This document shows positions 9,576-19,325 of a stretch of 64,000 bases of DNA, piece after piece. The position numbers were made by a program, and so were the translations under genes. The notes beneath the pieces were generated by a model. It was not told the DNA's origin. It did no database searches and was given only the letters and a program-made list of their open reading frames with translations. Position 1 is the first letter of the stretch. Every line of letters starts with the position of its first letter. The stretch comes from Candidatus Polarisedimenticolia bacterium (GTDB lineage: Bacteria; Acidobacteriota; Polarisedimenticolia; JACPZX01; DASXTC01): contig DASXTC010000010.1 of NCBI GenBank assembly GCA_036505635.1, forward strand, positions 29,107-93,106, given 5' to 3'.

Positions 9576-9610
9576 CACATGCGCCGGCCGGTTCCGCGAG
9601 GGGCCATGCG
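9576..9610 (-). promoter_or_regulatory. 35-bp motif copy A (candidate ECF promoter)
   Basis: cacatgcgccggccggttccgcgaggggccatgcg; 31/35 identical to 10525-10559; 46 nt upstream of the beta-helix gene. Confidence 0.65.
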
Positions 9611-9623
9611 CTCCCCGGGCCGG

Positions 9624-10472
9624 TCAGAAGCCCTGCGCGCACAGCTCGGCCCGTTCATAGGCCAGGTGCGCCGCCTGGGCGACCGGAGCCAGTGCCAGGC
9701 CTGCATCCGCCACCTCGGCGCAGCGGACGTCGCCGCTCAGCGGTGGAGTGTTGAAGGCCACGCTGAAGGCGAGGCCCGCCTGGAACGACCGCCACCACCC
9801 CAGGAAGCTGCCCAGAGCCGCCAGGCCCGGCGCTTCCTGAGACATCGAGTCGGCGGCGAACTGGAGCCAGCCGCGGGCCTGCCCTGTCAAGCTCAGGGCG
9901 TCGAAAAAGCTTGATGAATTCGAGAGAAGCTGCGGGTTGCAGAAGAGAGCCGGGTCGTTGAAGTACATGTCCGTCTCGATCTGGAGCTGAATGAGTATGG
10001 CGTCGACTTCGAAGATCTTGTCGAGGGCCTTGTTGATCCAGTAGACGGCGTTGTCGCAGTTGAGAAGCCGAGCTCCAGGCCAATGGCCGCGCCGGATGTC
10101 CGACCCGAGCCGAGGCTGGTCCAGGCTCGTGAGCATGGGGAGAAACCTGTCGAGCTCCTCCCTCGTCATCCACGCAAGCAGCGCGCGCACGACATCCTGG
10201 CGGAGCTGGTCGAGCTTGCGCTGCGCGACCTCGATGTCCACGGGCTCCACCCGCTCCGGCAGCAGCCGCGCGCCGCGCTCGGCGTACCGGTCGAGGGCTT
10301 CGAGAACGAGCGGTGCGTTGCAGTGAGCGAGGTTCAAGTTGTCGTCCGCGTCGATGAGCGGATCACTGCTGCTGTAGCCGCACGTCGAGAGCTGGCGCGA
10401 ACCAGGCGGGTCGTCCCCGCGTGCGGTCGAAGCGGCCAGGAAGAGAACGGCGACAAGCGCGAAGTGTTTCAT
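9624..10472 (-). CDS. Hypothetical secreted, Cys-containing protein
   Basis: MKHFALVAVLFLAASTARG signal peptide; GAGGAGG upstream; six Cys; no family recognised. Confidence 0.75.
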   Translation of the reverse strand: MKHFALVAVLFLAASTARGDDPPGSRQLSTCGYSSSDPLIDADDNLNLAHCNAPLVLEALDRYAERGARLLPERVEPVDIEVAQRKLDQLRQDVVRALLAWMTREELDRFLPMLTSLDQPRLGSDIRRGHWPGARLLNCDNAVYWINKALDKIFEVDAILIQLQIETDMYFNDPALFCNPQLLSNSSSFFDALSLTGQARGWLQFAADSMSQEAPGLAALGSFLGWWRSFQAGLAFSVAFNTPPLSGDVRCAEVADAGLALAPVAQAAHLAYERAELCAQGF

Positions 10473-10524
10473 CATGATGAGAATCCCTCCTCGATTGTGT
10501 TGGGGCCAGGCCATGCTCTGCTTC

Positions 10525-10559
10525 CACATGCGCCAGACGGTACCGCGAGGGGCCACGCG
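10525..10559 (-). promoter_or_regulatory. 35-bp motif copy B (candidate ECF promoter)
   Basis: cacatgcgccagacggtaccgcgaggggccacgcg; about 50 nt upstream of the 9624-10472 gene, in the divergent gap before the ECF sigma. Confidence 0.65.
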
Positions 10560-10590
10560 AACTTGTCAGGCCGGTGCCGGGAGGCGTAGC

Positions 10591-11214
10591 ATGGGAAAAC
10601 TGATGCCCCCATCGCCGGGAGCCGCCGTGCCGGAACCGAAGCTCAGGGAAACGGTCACCGAGTCGCTCGAACCGCTGGGACGGGCGGGGTCGGTTCTGGT
10701 GGACGAGCTGTTGCCGCTCGTCTACGACGAGCTGCGTGCGATGGCCCATCGGCAGCTCGCGGGGGAACGCCGCGTCGTCACGCTGGACACCACGGGCCTG
10801 GTCCACGAAGCCTATCTGAGGCTCGTGGACGAAACCCGCGTCCCTCAGGGGAACCGCGCCTACTTCTTCGGCGCGGCGGCGCGAGCCATGCGCCGGGTGC
10901 TCGTGGACGCCGCCCGCCGCCGGAACAGGCTCAAGCGCGGAGGGGGCGTCGAACCGCTGGATCTCGACGGGATCCAGGTCGAGGCGGACAAGTTCACCGC
11001 CGAGATCCTCGATCTGGAGGAAGCGCTCGAGAACCTCGCGCGCCTCTACCCCCGCCAGGCCCGCGTCGTGGAGTGCCGCTTCTTCGGTGGCCTCGACGTG
11101 GAGGAGACGGCCGCGGCTCTCGATTTGGCGCCGCGCACGGTCAAGCGCGATTGGGCGCTCGCTCGCGCCTGGCTCTATCGCGCCCTTCTCACCGGCCGAT
11201 CCGCGATCGAGTGA
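10591..11214 (+). CDS. ECF sigma factor, TIGR02999 (kinase-associated) type
   Basis: LLPLVYDELRAMAHRQL, TLDTTGLVHEAYLRL, YFFGAAARAMRRVLVDAARRR, VECRFFGGL, TVKRDWALARAWL. Confidence 0.92.
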   Translation: MGKLMPPSPGAAVPEPKLRETVTESLEPLGRAGSVLVDELLPLVYDELRAMAHRQLAGERRVVTLDTTGLVHEAYLRLVDETRVPQGNRAYFFGAAARAMRRVLVDAARRRNRLKRGGGVEPLDLDGIQVEADKFTAEILDLEEALENLARLYPRQARVVECRFFGGLDVEETAAALDLAPRTVKRDWALARAWLYRALLTGRSAIE

Positions 11215-11221
11215 CTCGACG

Positions 11222-14098
11222 ATGAGTGAACTGCCGCTCCAAGACCCAGGCCCGGATCCGGATCGGGTGGCCGAGCTGTTCGCCGAGGCTCTCGAGCGCC
11301 CACCGGAAGAACGGCGAGCTTTTCTGGACTCGCGCTGCTCGGGATCCGCGGACCTGCGGGCGGAGATCGACTCGCTGATTGCCGCCCACGAAGCCCGCGA
11401 GAGGGCCGGCACCTTCCTCGGCCAGATCGATCGCGAGCGGAGCGCCGTGCTCCTGCAAGAAGAGCCGGAGTTGGAGGCCGCCGGGCGGCGGGTAGGGCCC
11501 TACCGCCTGCTGCGCGAGCTGGGGCGCGGCGGAATGGGGGTCGTCTACCTCGCCGAGCGGGCCGAAGGGGGCTTCCAACAGAATGTCGCGATCAAGCTGC
11601 TCAAGCGCGGCATGGACAGCGACGCGATTCTGAAGCGGTTCCTGCGCGAGCGCCAGATCCTGGCGGGCCTGGAACATCTCAACGTCGCGCGGCTGCTCGA
11701 CGGTGGCGTCACGGATGAGGGGCAGCCCTGGTTCGCGATGGAGCATGTCGACGGTGTGCCCATCACGGAGTATTGCCGGGAGCGACAGCTCGACCTGCGC
11801 CAGCGTCTGCGGCTCTTCGAGGAGTCCTGCCGCGCCGTGCAGTACGCGCACGGCAAGCTCATCGTCCACCGCGATCTGAAGCCCTCCAACATGCTGGTCA
11901 CCGCCGAGGGCCAGCTCAAGCTGCTCGATTTCGGCGTCGCCAAGCTGCTCGGCGGCCCGCTCGCCGGCGACGAACGATCCGTCACGCTCACGCAGACCGG
12001 GATCCACCCTCTGACACCGGAGTACGCGGCCCCGGAGCAGGTGCGCGGAGAGCCCGTGACGACGGCCACCGACATCTACGCCCTGGGACTCGTGCTGTAC
12101 GAGCTGCTGACCGGGCGCCGGCCGTACGGTGGCGAAGGGTCGAGCCGGCAGGATCTGGCACGGGCGGCCTGCGAGACGGAGCCGCCGCCTCCTTCCGAGG
12201 CCTCAGATGTGCCGCCTCGAGCCGCTCGATCGCTGAAGGGCGATCTCGACGCGGTGGTGCTCAAGGCGCTGCGCAAGGAGCCGCAGCGGCGCTATGCCTC
12301 GGCCGAGGCGCTCGCGCGGGACATCGGTCGCTTTCTCGCGGGTCAGCCTGTGGAGGCTCGCCCCGACAGCGTCGCATATCGTGCGGGCCGATTCGTCGGC
12401 CGTCACAAGGTGGGGGTCGGCGCGGTCACGGCGGCGGCACTGTCTCTGCTCGCCGGTCTGATCGGCACCTCCTGGCAGGCGGTGGTGGCTGCGCGGGAGC
12501 GCGACCGCGCGCGGCTGGAAGCGGAGCGAGCGGAGCGCGTCAAGGAGTTCCTCATCGACCTCTTCAGGGCCTCCGACCCGGCGGAGTCGAAGGGACGGGA
12601 GGTGACCGCGAAGGAGCTGCTGGAACGGGGCACGGAACGGATCGAAAAGGAGCTCTCCAGCCAGCCGGCCGTGCAGGCCGAGCTGCTCTACACGATGGGC
12701 GTCAGCTTCTGGTCGCTCGGCCGGCTCGACCGTGCGCGTACGGTCGAAGAACGATCGATCGAGATCGCTCGGCAGGCGTACGGCCCGGAGCATCCCGAGG
12801 TCGCCCTGGGGCTGGATGCGCTGGGGGGGATCCTCTATGCCTCGGGCCAGCTCGAGGCGGCCGAGGAGACGCGACGGCAGGCGCTCGCGATGCGGCGGCG
12901 GCTCTTTCCCGCAGACAGCCCCGAAGTGGCGGAGAGCATGGCCAACCTCGGGACGGTGCTGGTCCGCCGTGCGAAGCTGGACGAAGCCGAGCCACTGCTG
13001 CGTGAAGCGCTGGAGATTCGCCAGAAGCGGTTGGGGCCAGAGCACCCGGACACGGCCCGATCAATCATGAACCTCGCCAACGTGGTTCAGGCCAAGGGGG
13101 ACTATGCGAGCGCGGCGCGGCTGCACGCTCAGGCGGTTTCCCTGCGCCGCAAGCTCCGGGGCGATCAGCACCCCGAGGTGGCCACCGCGCTCGGCAGTCT
13201 GGGCGCCGCTCTGGCCGCGACGGGTGACCTTCAGGGCGCCGAGGCGGCGCACCGCGAGGCCCTGAGCATCCGCAGGAAGGTTCTGGGCGCCGAGCATCCT
13301 GCGGTAGCGCTGAACATGCTCCATCTCGCGTCGGTTCTCCACCTCGAGGGCGATCTGGAGGGCGCCGAGTCGATGTACAGGGAGGCGCTCGCGCTGGATC
13401 GGAAGCTCCTCGGCGAGTCGCATTCCGACGTCGCCATCGCGCTCACGAACCTGGCCCGGCTGCTGACCGACAGAGCGCGATTCGAGGAGGCGATGCCGCT
13501 CTTCGACCAGGCGGTCGCGCTGCACTCCCGGGTTACCGGCGCCGATCATCCCTTCCTGGCGACGACACTCGAAAACAAGGCCCACGCGCTCATCGTCCAG
13601 GGCCGGTCCCGCGAGGCGCTGCCTCTCCTTGAGAGGTGCCTGGTCATCTTCCGGGCCCGCTACGGCCCGGCGCATCCGCAGACGGCCTCCGCTCTCGAGG
13701 ATGTCGCGGAAGCCAGAGCGGACCTTGGGGAGCTCGCGGAGGCGGAGGGAGTCTTTCGCGAGGCCCTCGACCTGCAGCGCCGCGCCCGGCAGGAGCCCCA
13801 CCGCGACACCGTCGTGACGCTCCTGGGTCTGGGCCAGGTCCTCGTCCGTCAAGGTCGGGCGGCGGAAGCGGAGCCTCCTCTGCGCGAGGCGCTCGACCAG
13901 TCCGAGAAGGTGCTGCCCTCGACCCACTGGCGACAGGGCGATATCCAGAGCGTGCTGGGCGACTGCCTCCGGCGGCTGGGGAAGATCGATGAAGCGAGAT
14001 CGCTTCTCCGTTCCGGTCACGACCGGCTGCGGGAGAGCCTGGGCGACACGCACCCGGTGACCGCCAGGGCGCGCCGCCGCCTGGCGGAGCTTCCGTGA
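11222..14098 (+). CDS. Membrane Hanks-type Ser/Thr protein kinase with extracytoplasmic TPR repeats
   Basis: LGRGGMGVVY, AIK, HRDLKPSN, DFG, TPEYAAPEQ; one TM (VGVGAVTAAALSLLAGL); roughly ten 42-aa repeats with G.EHP..A. Confidence 0.95.
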   Translation: MSELPLQDPGPDPDRVAELFAEALERPPEERRAFLDSRCSGSADLRAEIDSLIAAHEARERAGTFLGQIDRERSAVLLQEEPELEAAGRRVGPYRLLRELGRGGMGVVYLAERAEGGFQQNVAIKLLKRGMDSDAILKRFLRERQILAGLEHLNVARLLDGGVTDEGQPWFAMEHVDGVPITEYCRERQLDLRQRLRLFEESCRAVQYAHGKLIVHRDLKPSNMLVTAEGQLKLLDFGVAKLLGGPLAGDERSVTLTQTGIHPLTPEYAAPEQVRGEPVTTATDIYALGLVLYELLTGRRPYGGEGSSRQDLARAACETEPPPPSEASDVPPRAARSLKGDLDAVVLKALRKEPQRRYASAEALARDIGRFLAGQPVEARPDSVAYRAGRFVGRHKVGVGAVTAAALSLLAGLIGTSWQAVVAARERDRARLEAERAERVKEFLIDLFRASDPAESKGREVTAKELLERGTERIEKELSSQPAVQAELLYTMGVSFWSLGRLDRARTVEERSIEIARQAYGPEHPEVALGLDALGGILYASGQLEAAEETRRQALAMRRRLFPADSPEVAESMANLGTVLVRRAKLDEAEPLLREALEIRQKRLGPEHPDTARSIMNLANVVQAKGDYASAARLHAQAVSLRRKLRGDQHPEVATALGSLGAALAATGDLQGAEAAHREALSIRRKVLGAEHPAVALNMLHLASVLHLEGDLEGAESMYREALALDRKLLGESHSDVAIALTNLARLLTDRARFEEAMPLFDQAVALHSRVTGADHPFLATTLENKAHALIVQGRSREALPLLERCLVIFRARYGPAHPQTASALEDVAEARADLGELAEAEGVFREALDLQRRARQEPHRDTVVTLLGLGQVLVRQGRAAEAEPPLREALDQSEKVLPSTHWRQGDIQSVLGDCLRRLGKIDEARSLLRSGHDRLRESLGDTHPVTARARRRLAELP

Positions 14099-14153
14099 AC
14101 TGTCCGAGATCCGCGCCGGCCCGAGAGCGCGGAGTTGCGGTCGAGCCGGTACA

Positions 14154-16421
14154 TCATAGCCCGGCGCGCCTCAGCCGCAGCGCGTTGGCGATGACCGAGA
14201 CCGAGCTGAAGCTCATGGCGGCGCTTGCGATCATCGGATGGAGGAGCATGCCGGTGGCGGGATAGAGGACCCCCGCCGCCAGAGGCACACCCAGCGCGTT
14301 GTAGAGGAAGGCGAACAGGAGGTTCTGCCGGATGTTGCGCATCGTCGCGCGCGAGAGCTTCACCGCGCGTACGATGCCCCGCAGGTCCCCCTTCACGAGC
14401 GTCACCCCCGCGCTCTCCATCGCCACGTCGGTCCCCGTTCCCATGGCGATGCCCACGTGGGCGCGCGCGAGGGCCGGCGCGTCGTTGATCCCGTCTCCCG
14501 CCATCGCCACCACGCGTCCACCGGCCTGCAGCCGCTCCACCTGAAGGAGCTTGTCGGCCGGCAGCACGCCCGCATGCACCTCGTCGATGCCGAGCGCCCG
14601 GGCCACCGCCTCCGCCGTGACGCTCGAATCCCCGGTGACCATGACGATGCGTATCCCCTCCGCGTGCAGAAGCCGGATCGCTTCCGCCGAAGAGCCCTTG
14701 ATCGGGTCGGCCACGCCGAGCAGCCCGGCGGGCTTTCCGTCGATCGCCACGAAGACGACCGTGCGCCCCAGCGCGCGCAATTCCCCGGCGCGCGCGGCGA
14801 GGCTTCCAGGCTCGATCCCCAGGTGCGCCAGGAGCGCGGGACCTCCCACCGCGAGGCGCAGGCCGTCGGCCAGGCCCGTCACCCCCCTGCCCGTGAGCGA
14901 CTCGAATCCGGTGGCGCGCGCCGGCTCGATCCCCCGCCCCTTCGCGCCCTCGACGATCGCGCGCGCCAGCGGGTGCTCGCTGGCCTGCTCCAGGCCCGAC
15001 GCCAGACGGAGGAGATTGCCGGCAGGGATCGAACCGAGCGGCTCGACCTCGGCGAGGCGCGGCTTGCCCTCGGTCAGGGTGCCGGTCTTGTCCACTATGA
15101 GGGTGTCGACCTTCTCGAGGATCTCGAGGGCCGCGGCGTCGCGGATCAGGACCCCCGCCGCGGCGCCCCGCCCCGTGCCCACCATGATCGACATGGGGGT
15201 CGCGAGCCCCAGAGCGCAGGGACACGCGATGATGAGGACCGCCACCGCGTTGACGAGCGCGTGGGCCATGCGCGGCTGCGGTCCCACCTGCGCCCAGACG
15301 ATGAAGGTGAGGATCGCCGCGACGATCACGGCCGGGACGAACCAGGCCGAGACGCGATCGGCCACTCTCTGGATCGGGGCGCGGCTGCGCTGCGCCTCGC
15401 TCACCATCCGCACGATCCGGGCGAGCAGCGTGTCGGCTCCCACGCGCTCGGCGTGCATCACGAGCGAGCCGGTGCCGTTGATGGTGCCTCCGATGACGCG
15501 GTCCCCGGCTCGCTTTACGGCCGGGATCGGCTCACCGGTCACCATCGACTCGTCCACGGAGCTCTCCCCCTCGATCACGATGCCGTCCACGGGGACCTTC
15601 TCGCCGGGGCGGATGCGGAGCCGGTCTCCGGGATGGAGCTCGGCGATCGGGACCTCCCTCTCGGCCGCGCCCTCTTCGATCCTGAGGGCCGTCCTGGGCG
15701 CGAGGCTCAGAAGCGCGCGGATGGCGCCGCCCGTGCGATGGCGGGCGCGCAGCTCCAGCACCTGGCCCAGCAGGACCAGGGCGGTGATGACGGCGGCCGC
15801 CTCGAAGTAGACGGGGACGCCGCCCGAGTGATCGCGGAAGGTGCCCGGAAAGAGATCCGGCGCCAGGGTGGCGGCGGCGCTGTAGAGGTACGCCGCGCCG
15901 ATGCCCATCCCGATCAAGGTGAACATGTTGAGGCTGCGGCGCGCGAGCGACATCCAGGCGCGCTGCAGCAGCGGCCACCCGCACCAAAGCACCACCGGTG
16001 TGGAGAGGATGAGCTGAACCCGCGGCGCCATCTCCAGCATGCCGAGAGCCATGACGGGCGCCGCGCCGGCCAGGGCGATCCAGAAGCGCCGCGTCATGTC
16101 GGCCAGCTCGGGATCGGGCTTCCCCTCGACGTCCAGGCTCACCGCGAGCGGCTCGAGGGCCATGCCGCAGAGCGGGCAGGAGCCGGGCCCCGCCTGCCTC
16201 ACTTCGGGATGCATGGGGCAGGTGTAAGTCGCGCCGGGACGGGAGTCGGGAGCCGGCGCGGGCGCCGGTGTCAGGAACGCCGCCGGTTCGGAAACGAACT
16301 TGTCCCGGCACCACGTGCTGCAGAAGTAGTAGGTTGTCCCCGCGTGCGTGTGGCTCGCCGCCGCCTTCTCCGGTTCGACGTCCATCTGGCAGACGGGATC
16401 TTTGTGCGTCTCATCGTTCAT
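14154..16421 (-). CDS. copA: Cu(I)-translocating P1B-type ATPase with N-terminal YHS and heavy-metal-binding domains
   Basis: DPVCQM...YYFCS (YHS), YTCPMHP...[34 protein letters not shown] and MSFSS. Start 16421 or 16430. Confidence 0.93.
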   Translation of the reverse strand: MNDETHKDPVCQMDVEPEKAAASHTHAGTTYYFCSTWCRDKFVSEPAAFLTPAPAPAPDSRPGATYTCPMHPEVRQAGPGSCPLCGMALEPLAVSLDVEGKPDPELADMTRRFWIALAGAAPVMALGMLEMAPRVQLILSTPVVLWCGWPLLQRAWMSLARRSLNMFTLIGMGIGAAYLYSAAATLAPDLFPGTFRDHSGGVPVYFEAAAVITALVLLGQVLELRARHRTGGAIRALLSLAPRTALRIEEGAAEREVPIAELHPGDRLRIRPGEKVPVDGIVIEGESSVDESMVTGEPIPAVKRAGDRVIGGTINGTGSLVMHAERVGADTLLARIVRMVSEAQRSRAPIQRVADRVSAWFVPAVIVAAILTFIVWAQVGPQPRMAHALVNAVAVLIIACPCALGLATPMSIMVGTGRGAAAGVLIRDAAALEILEKVDTLIVDKTGTLTEGKPRLAEVEPLGSIPAGNLLRLASGLEQASEHPLARAIVEGAKGRGIEPARATGFESLTGRGVTGLADGLRLAVGGPALLAHLGIEPGSLAARAGELRALGRTVVFVAIDGKPAGLLGVADPIKGSSAEAIRLLHAEGIRIVMVTGDSSVTAEAVARALGIDEVHAGVLPADKLLQVERLQAGGRVVAMAGDGINDAPALARAHVGIAMGTGTDVAMESAGVTLVKGDLRGIVRAVKLSRATMRNIRQNLLFAFLYNALGVPLAAGVLYPATGMLLHPMIASAAMSFSSVSVIANALRLRRAGL

Positions 16422-16434
16422 CGAGTTCATGATG

Positions 16435-17358
16435 ATGCCACATGATAGTGGAGGACGGCCCGCACGGGGGCTCCTCCTCGGCGCCCTGCTGGCCGTGGTC
16501 TTCTGGGGGATCTCCTTCGTTGCGACCAAGGCGGCGCTGCGTGAGGTCCCGCCCGTTGCACTCATCTTCACGAGATTCACCATCGGCTCCGCGCTGCTCG
16601 CGACGATCCTGGCGTCGCGAGGGGAGCGCCTGCTCCCGCCGCTCGATTCCCTCCTGCCGCTGGCCGCGATGGGTTTCGTGGGGATCTTCGTCCATCAGAT
16701 GCTCCAGGCCTACGGCCTGACGATGACCACCGCGGCCAACACGGGGTGGCTGATCGGGCTGATCCCCATCTGGTCGGCGCTCCTTTCGGCGATCTTCCTG
16801 GGTGAGCGGTTCCCATGTTCCAGGGTCGCGGGGCTTGCCGTCGGCTGCGCGGGGGCGCTTCTGGTCGTGACCCGCGGCGAGCTGGGCGCCCACCTCATCG
16901 CGCTGCCCGCCACGCGGGGCGACCTGCTTATCCTCGCCAGCACGCTGACCTGGGCGATCTACACCGTCCTCGGACACGGGACGCTGCGGGCGCTGGGTCC
17001 GGCGCGGGCAAGCGCCGGGGCGATGATGCTCGGGTGCGCCATGCTGGCTCCCTTTTACGTCCGGTCGGGAGGGTGGCGTCACTATGAGGGCCTGTCGGCG
17101 CAGGGCTGGATCGCGATGCTCTTTCTGGGGATCTGCTGCTCGGGTCTGGGCTACTTCTTCTGGTACGCCGCGCTGGAGAAGATCGAGGCGTCACGCGTCG
17201 CCTCGTTGCTCTATCTCGAGCCGCTGGTGACGCTGGGAGCCGCCGTCACGCTGCTGGGCGAGACAGTCCGCCCCACCGTGGCGGCCGGCGGGCTGCTGGT
17301 GCTGGCGGGAGTGGCGCTGGTGCAGCGCAGGCCGGCCGTCCGGCGCGGGGCCGGCTGA
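16435..17358 (+). CDS. DMT/EamA-family transporter
   Basis: [10 protein letters not shown], two EamA repeats, YLEPLVT; about ten TM. Start at one of ATG 16429/16432/16435. Confidence 0.88.
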   Translation: MPHDSGGRPARGLLLGALLAVVFWGISFVATKAALREVPPVALIFTRFTIGSALLATILASRGERLLPPLDSLLPLAAMGFVGIFVHQMLQAYGLTMTTAANTGWLIGLIPIWSALLSAIFLGERFPCSRVAGLAVGCAGALLVVTRGELGAHLIALPATRGDLLILASTLTWAIYTVLGHGTLRALGPARASAGAMMLGCAMLAPFYVRSGGWRHYEGLSAQGWIAMLFLGICCSGLGYFFWYAALEKIEASRVASLLYLEPLVTLGAAVTLLGETVRPTVAAGGLLVLAGVALVQRRPAVRRGAG

Positions 17359-17362
17359 GCGC

Positions 17363-17773
17363 TCACCGCGTCGCCGACAGCCGCAGGATCCTGTCCCACA
17401 TGGGCCGCGGCACCGGGACGATCGAGAGGCGCCCCAGACGAAGGAGGTCCCATCCCGCGAAGGCCGCGTCGGCCTTGATCGTCTCGAGGGTGACGGCGCT
17501 GCTCAGGGGTCTGACCGGCGCGATCTCGACCACGACCAGCTTCGGATCCTCGAGGCTCGGATCGGGGTGGGGCCCCTTCGCGATCCGGGCGATTCCCACC
17601 GCGCGCCGTTCGCCGCCGGTGTGGTAGATCAGCACCTCCTCACCCTTGGCGGTCGCCCGCAAATGGATGAGCGCCAGGGGGTTCGTGACCCCGTCCCAGA
17701 CGGCCCTCCTCTCGCGCACGAGGTCGTCCCAGCTATACTCGCCCGGTTCGGTCTTGAACAGCCAGCGCGACAT
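17363..17773 (-). CDS. EVE domain protein
   Basis: WLFKTEPGEYSWDDL, WDGVTN, GEEVLIYHTG, RLSIVPV. Confidence 0.92.
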   Translation of the reverse strand: MSRWLFKTEPGEYSWDDLVRERRAVWDGVTNPLALIHLRATAKGEEVLIYHTGGERRAVGIARIAKGPHPDPSLEDPKLVVVEIAPVRPLSSAVTLETIKADAAFAGWDLLRLGRLSIVPVPRPMWDRILRLSATR

Positions 17774-17809
17774 GTAGACTATGCTACCACGCTCGCTACA
17801 GGAGACCTC

Positions 17810-19261
17810 ATGGACCCGCGGACCGTCCGCAGCCCCGAATTTCCGCCCGATTCGATCTGGCTCAACACGCGGAGGCCTCTCACGGTGTCAGGGGACCTGC
17901 GCGGGCGCGTGGCGCTGCTCGATTTCTGGACCTACTGCTGCATTAACTGCATGCACGTCCTGCCCGTGCTCTTACGGCTCGAGGCGCGGTTCGCGGCCGA
18001 GCCCTTCATCGTCGTCGGCGTCCACTCGGCCAAGTTCATCTCCGAGAAGGACCCGCTCAACATCCGCCGCGCGATCCAGCGCTACGGCGTGGCACATCCG
18101 GTCGTGGTCGACCCGGATCACGACATCTGGGAGCGTTTCGCCGTGAAGGCGTGGCCGACTCTGGCGCTCCTGGACGCCGGGGGTTACGTGCGGGCGATGC
18201 TCCCCGGGGAGGCGGACGAGGAGGATCTGGTGGAGCGGATCGAGACGCTGCTCCAGGAAGGGCGGGCCAGGGGGATTCTGGCCGCCGGCCCCCTCGACAT
18301 CGCCCCGGATCCGGATGCCGGCACTACCTTCCTTCGCTTTCCGGGCAAGCTGCACGTGGCGGGGGACCGCCTTTTCATCGCCGACAGCGGCCACGACCGC
18401 ATAGTCATGACGGACCTCGACGGCGGGGTGCGGGCGATCATCGGCGAGGGGGGCGCGGGCGCCCACGACGGGCCCGCACCGCTGGCCTCCTTTCACAACC
18501 CGCAGGGGATGGCGGTGATGGACGGCACCCTCTACGTCGCGGACACGGGCAACCACCTGGTGCGCGCGGTGGACCTCGAGACGATGGAAGTGAGCACCGT
18601 CGCGGGGACGGCCGAGCTGGGTCGCGGGCGTCGAGCCGGGGACCCTTCGGACCCGCTCTCGGTGCCGCTTCGCTCCCCCTGGGCCCTCCTGCCCCTGGGC
18701 TCCCACCTGCTGATCGCCATGGCGGGGAGCCACCAGCTCTGGGTCTACGACCCGGACAGGAACGTCCTCGCGCCGTGGGCCGGCAGCGGCCGGGAGGATC
18801 ACATCGACGGCCCCCTCGATGAGGCCGCCTTCGCGCAGCCCAGCGGTCTGACGGCGGCGGGCAAGTACGTCATCGTGGCCGACAGCGAGGTGTCGAGCGT
18901 GCGAGCCGTCGACCTGGAGGACGGGCAGGTGCGCACGCTGGTGGGCAGGGGCCTCTTCGACTTCGGCGATTCCATCGGAACCCCCGACCGCGTGATGCTG
19001 CAGCACCCGCTGGACGTGGCGGCCGGCCCGGGTTGCGTCTACATCGCCGACACGTACAACAACAAGGTCAAGGCGATCTCTTTCGGGTCGATGGAGACGA
19101 CGACCGTTTTCGGCGACGGGACCCCCGAGACGATGCACGAGCCGGGCGGCCTCGCCGTGGCCGGCGGCCGGGTCCTCATCGCGGACACCAACAACCACAG
19201 GCTCCTGCGTGGCGACCCGGCCACCGGAGCCCTCGAGGAGCTTTCCCCGCTGGCAGGTTAA
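17810..19261 (+). CDS. Thioredoxin-like + NHL-repeat protein (NHLRC2/SOQ1-like)
   Basis: ATG 17810 after AGGAGA; LDFWTYCCINCMH, GVHSAKF, NHL repeats FIADSGH, YVADTGNH, FAQPSG. Confidence 0.9.
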   Translation: MDPRTVRSPEFPPDSIWLNTRRPLTVSGDLRGRVALLDFWTYCCINCMHVLPVLLRLEARFAAEPFIVVGVHSAKFISEKDPLNIRRAIQRYGVAHPVVVDPDHDIWERFAVKAWPTLALLDAGGYVRAMLPGEADEEDLVERIETLLQEGRARGILAAGPLDIAPDPDAGTTFLRFPGKLHVAGDRLFIADSGHDRIVMTDLDGGVRAIIGEGGAGAHDGPAPLASFHNPQGMAVMDGTLYVADTGNHLVRAVDLETMEVSTVAGTAELGRGRRAGDPSDPLSVPLRSPWALLPLGSHLLIAMAGSHQLWVYDPDRNVLAPWAGSGREDHIDGPLDEAAFAQPSGLTAAGKYVIVADSEVSSVRAVDLEDGQVRTLVGRGLFDFGDSIGTPDRVMLQHPLDVAAGPGCVYIADTYNNKVKAISFGSMETTTVFGDGTPETMHEPGGLAVAGGRVLIADTNNHRLLRGDPATGALEELSPLAG

Positions 19262-19325
19262 CCCCGTCCGAGCAGAAGAGACTGCGCCGGCCCCGCCGGC
19301 GGCTCGGCCTCAAGCAAAGGAGACG

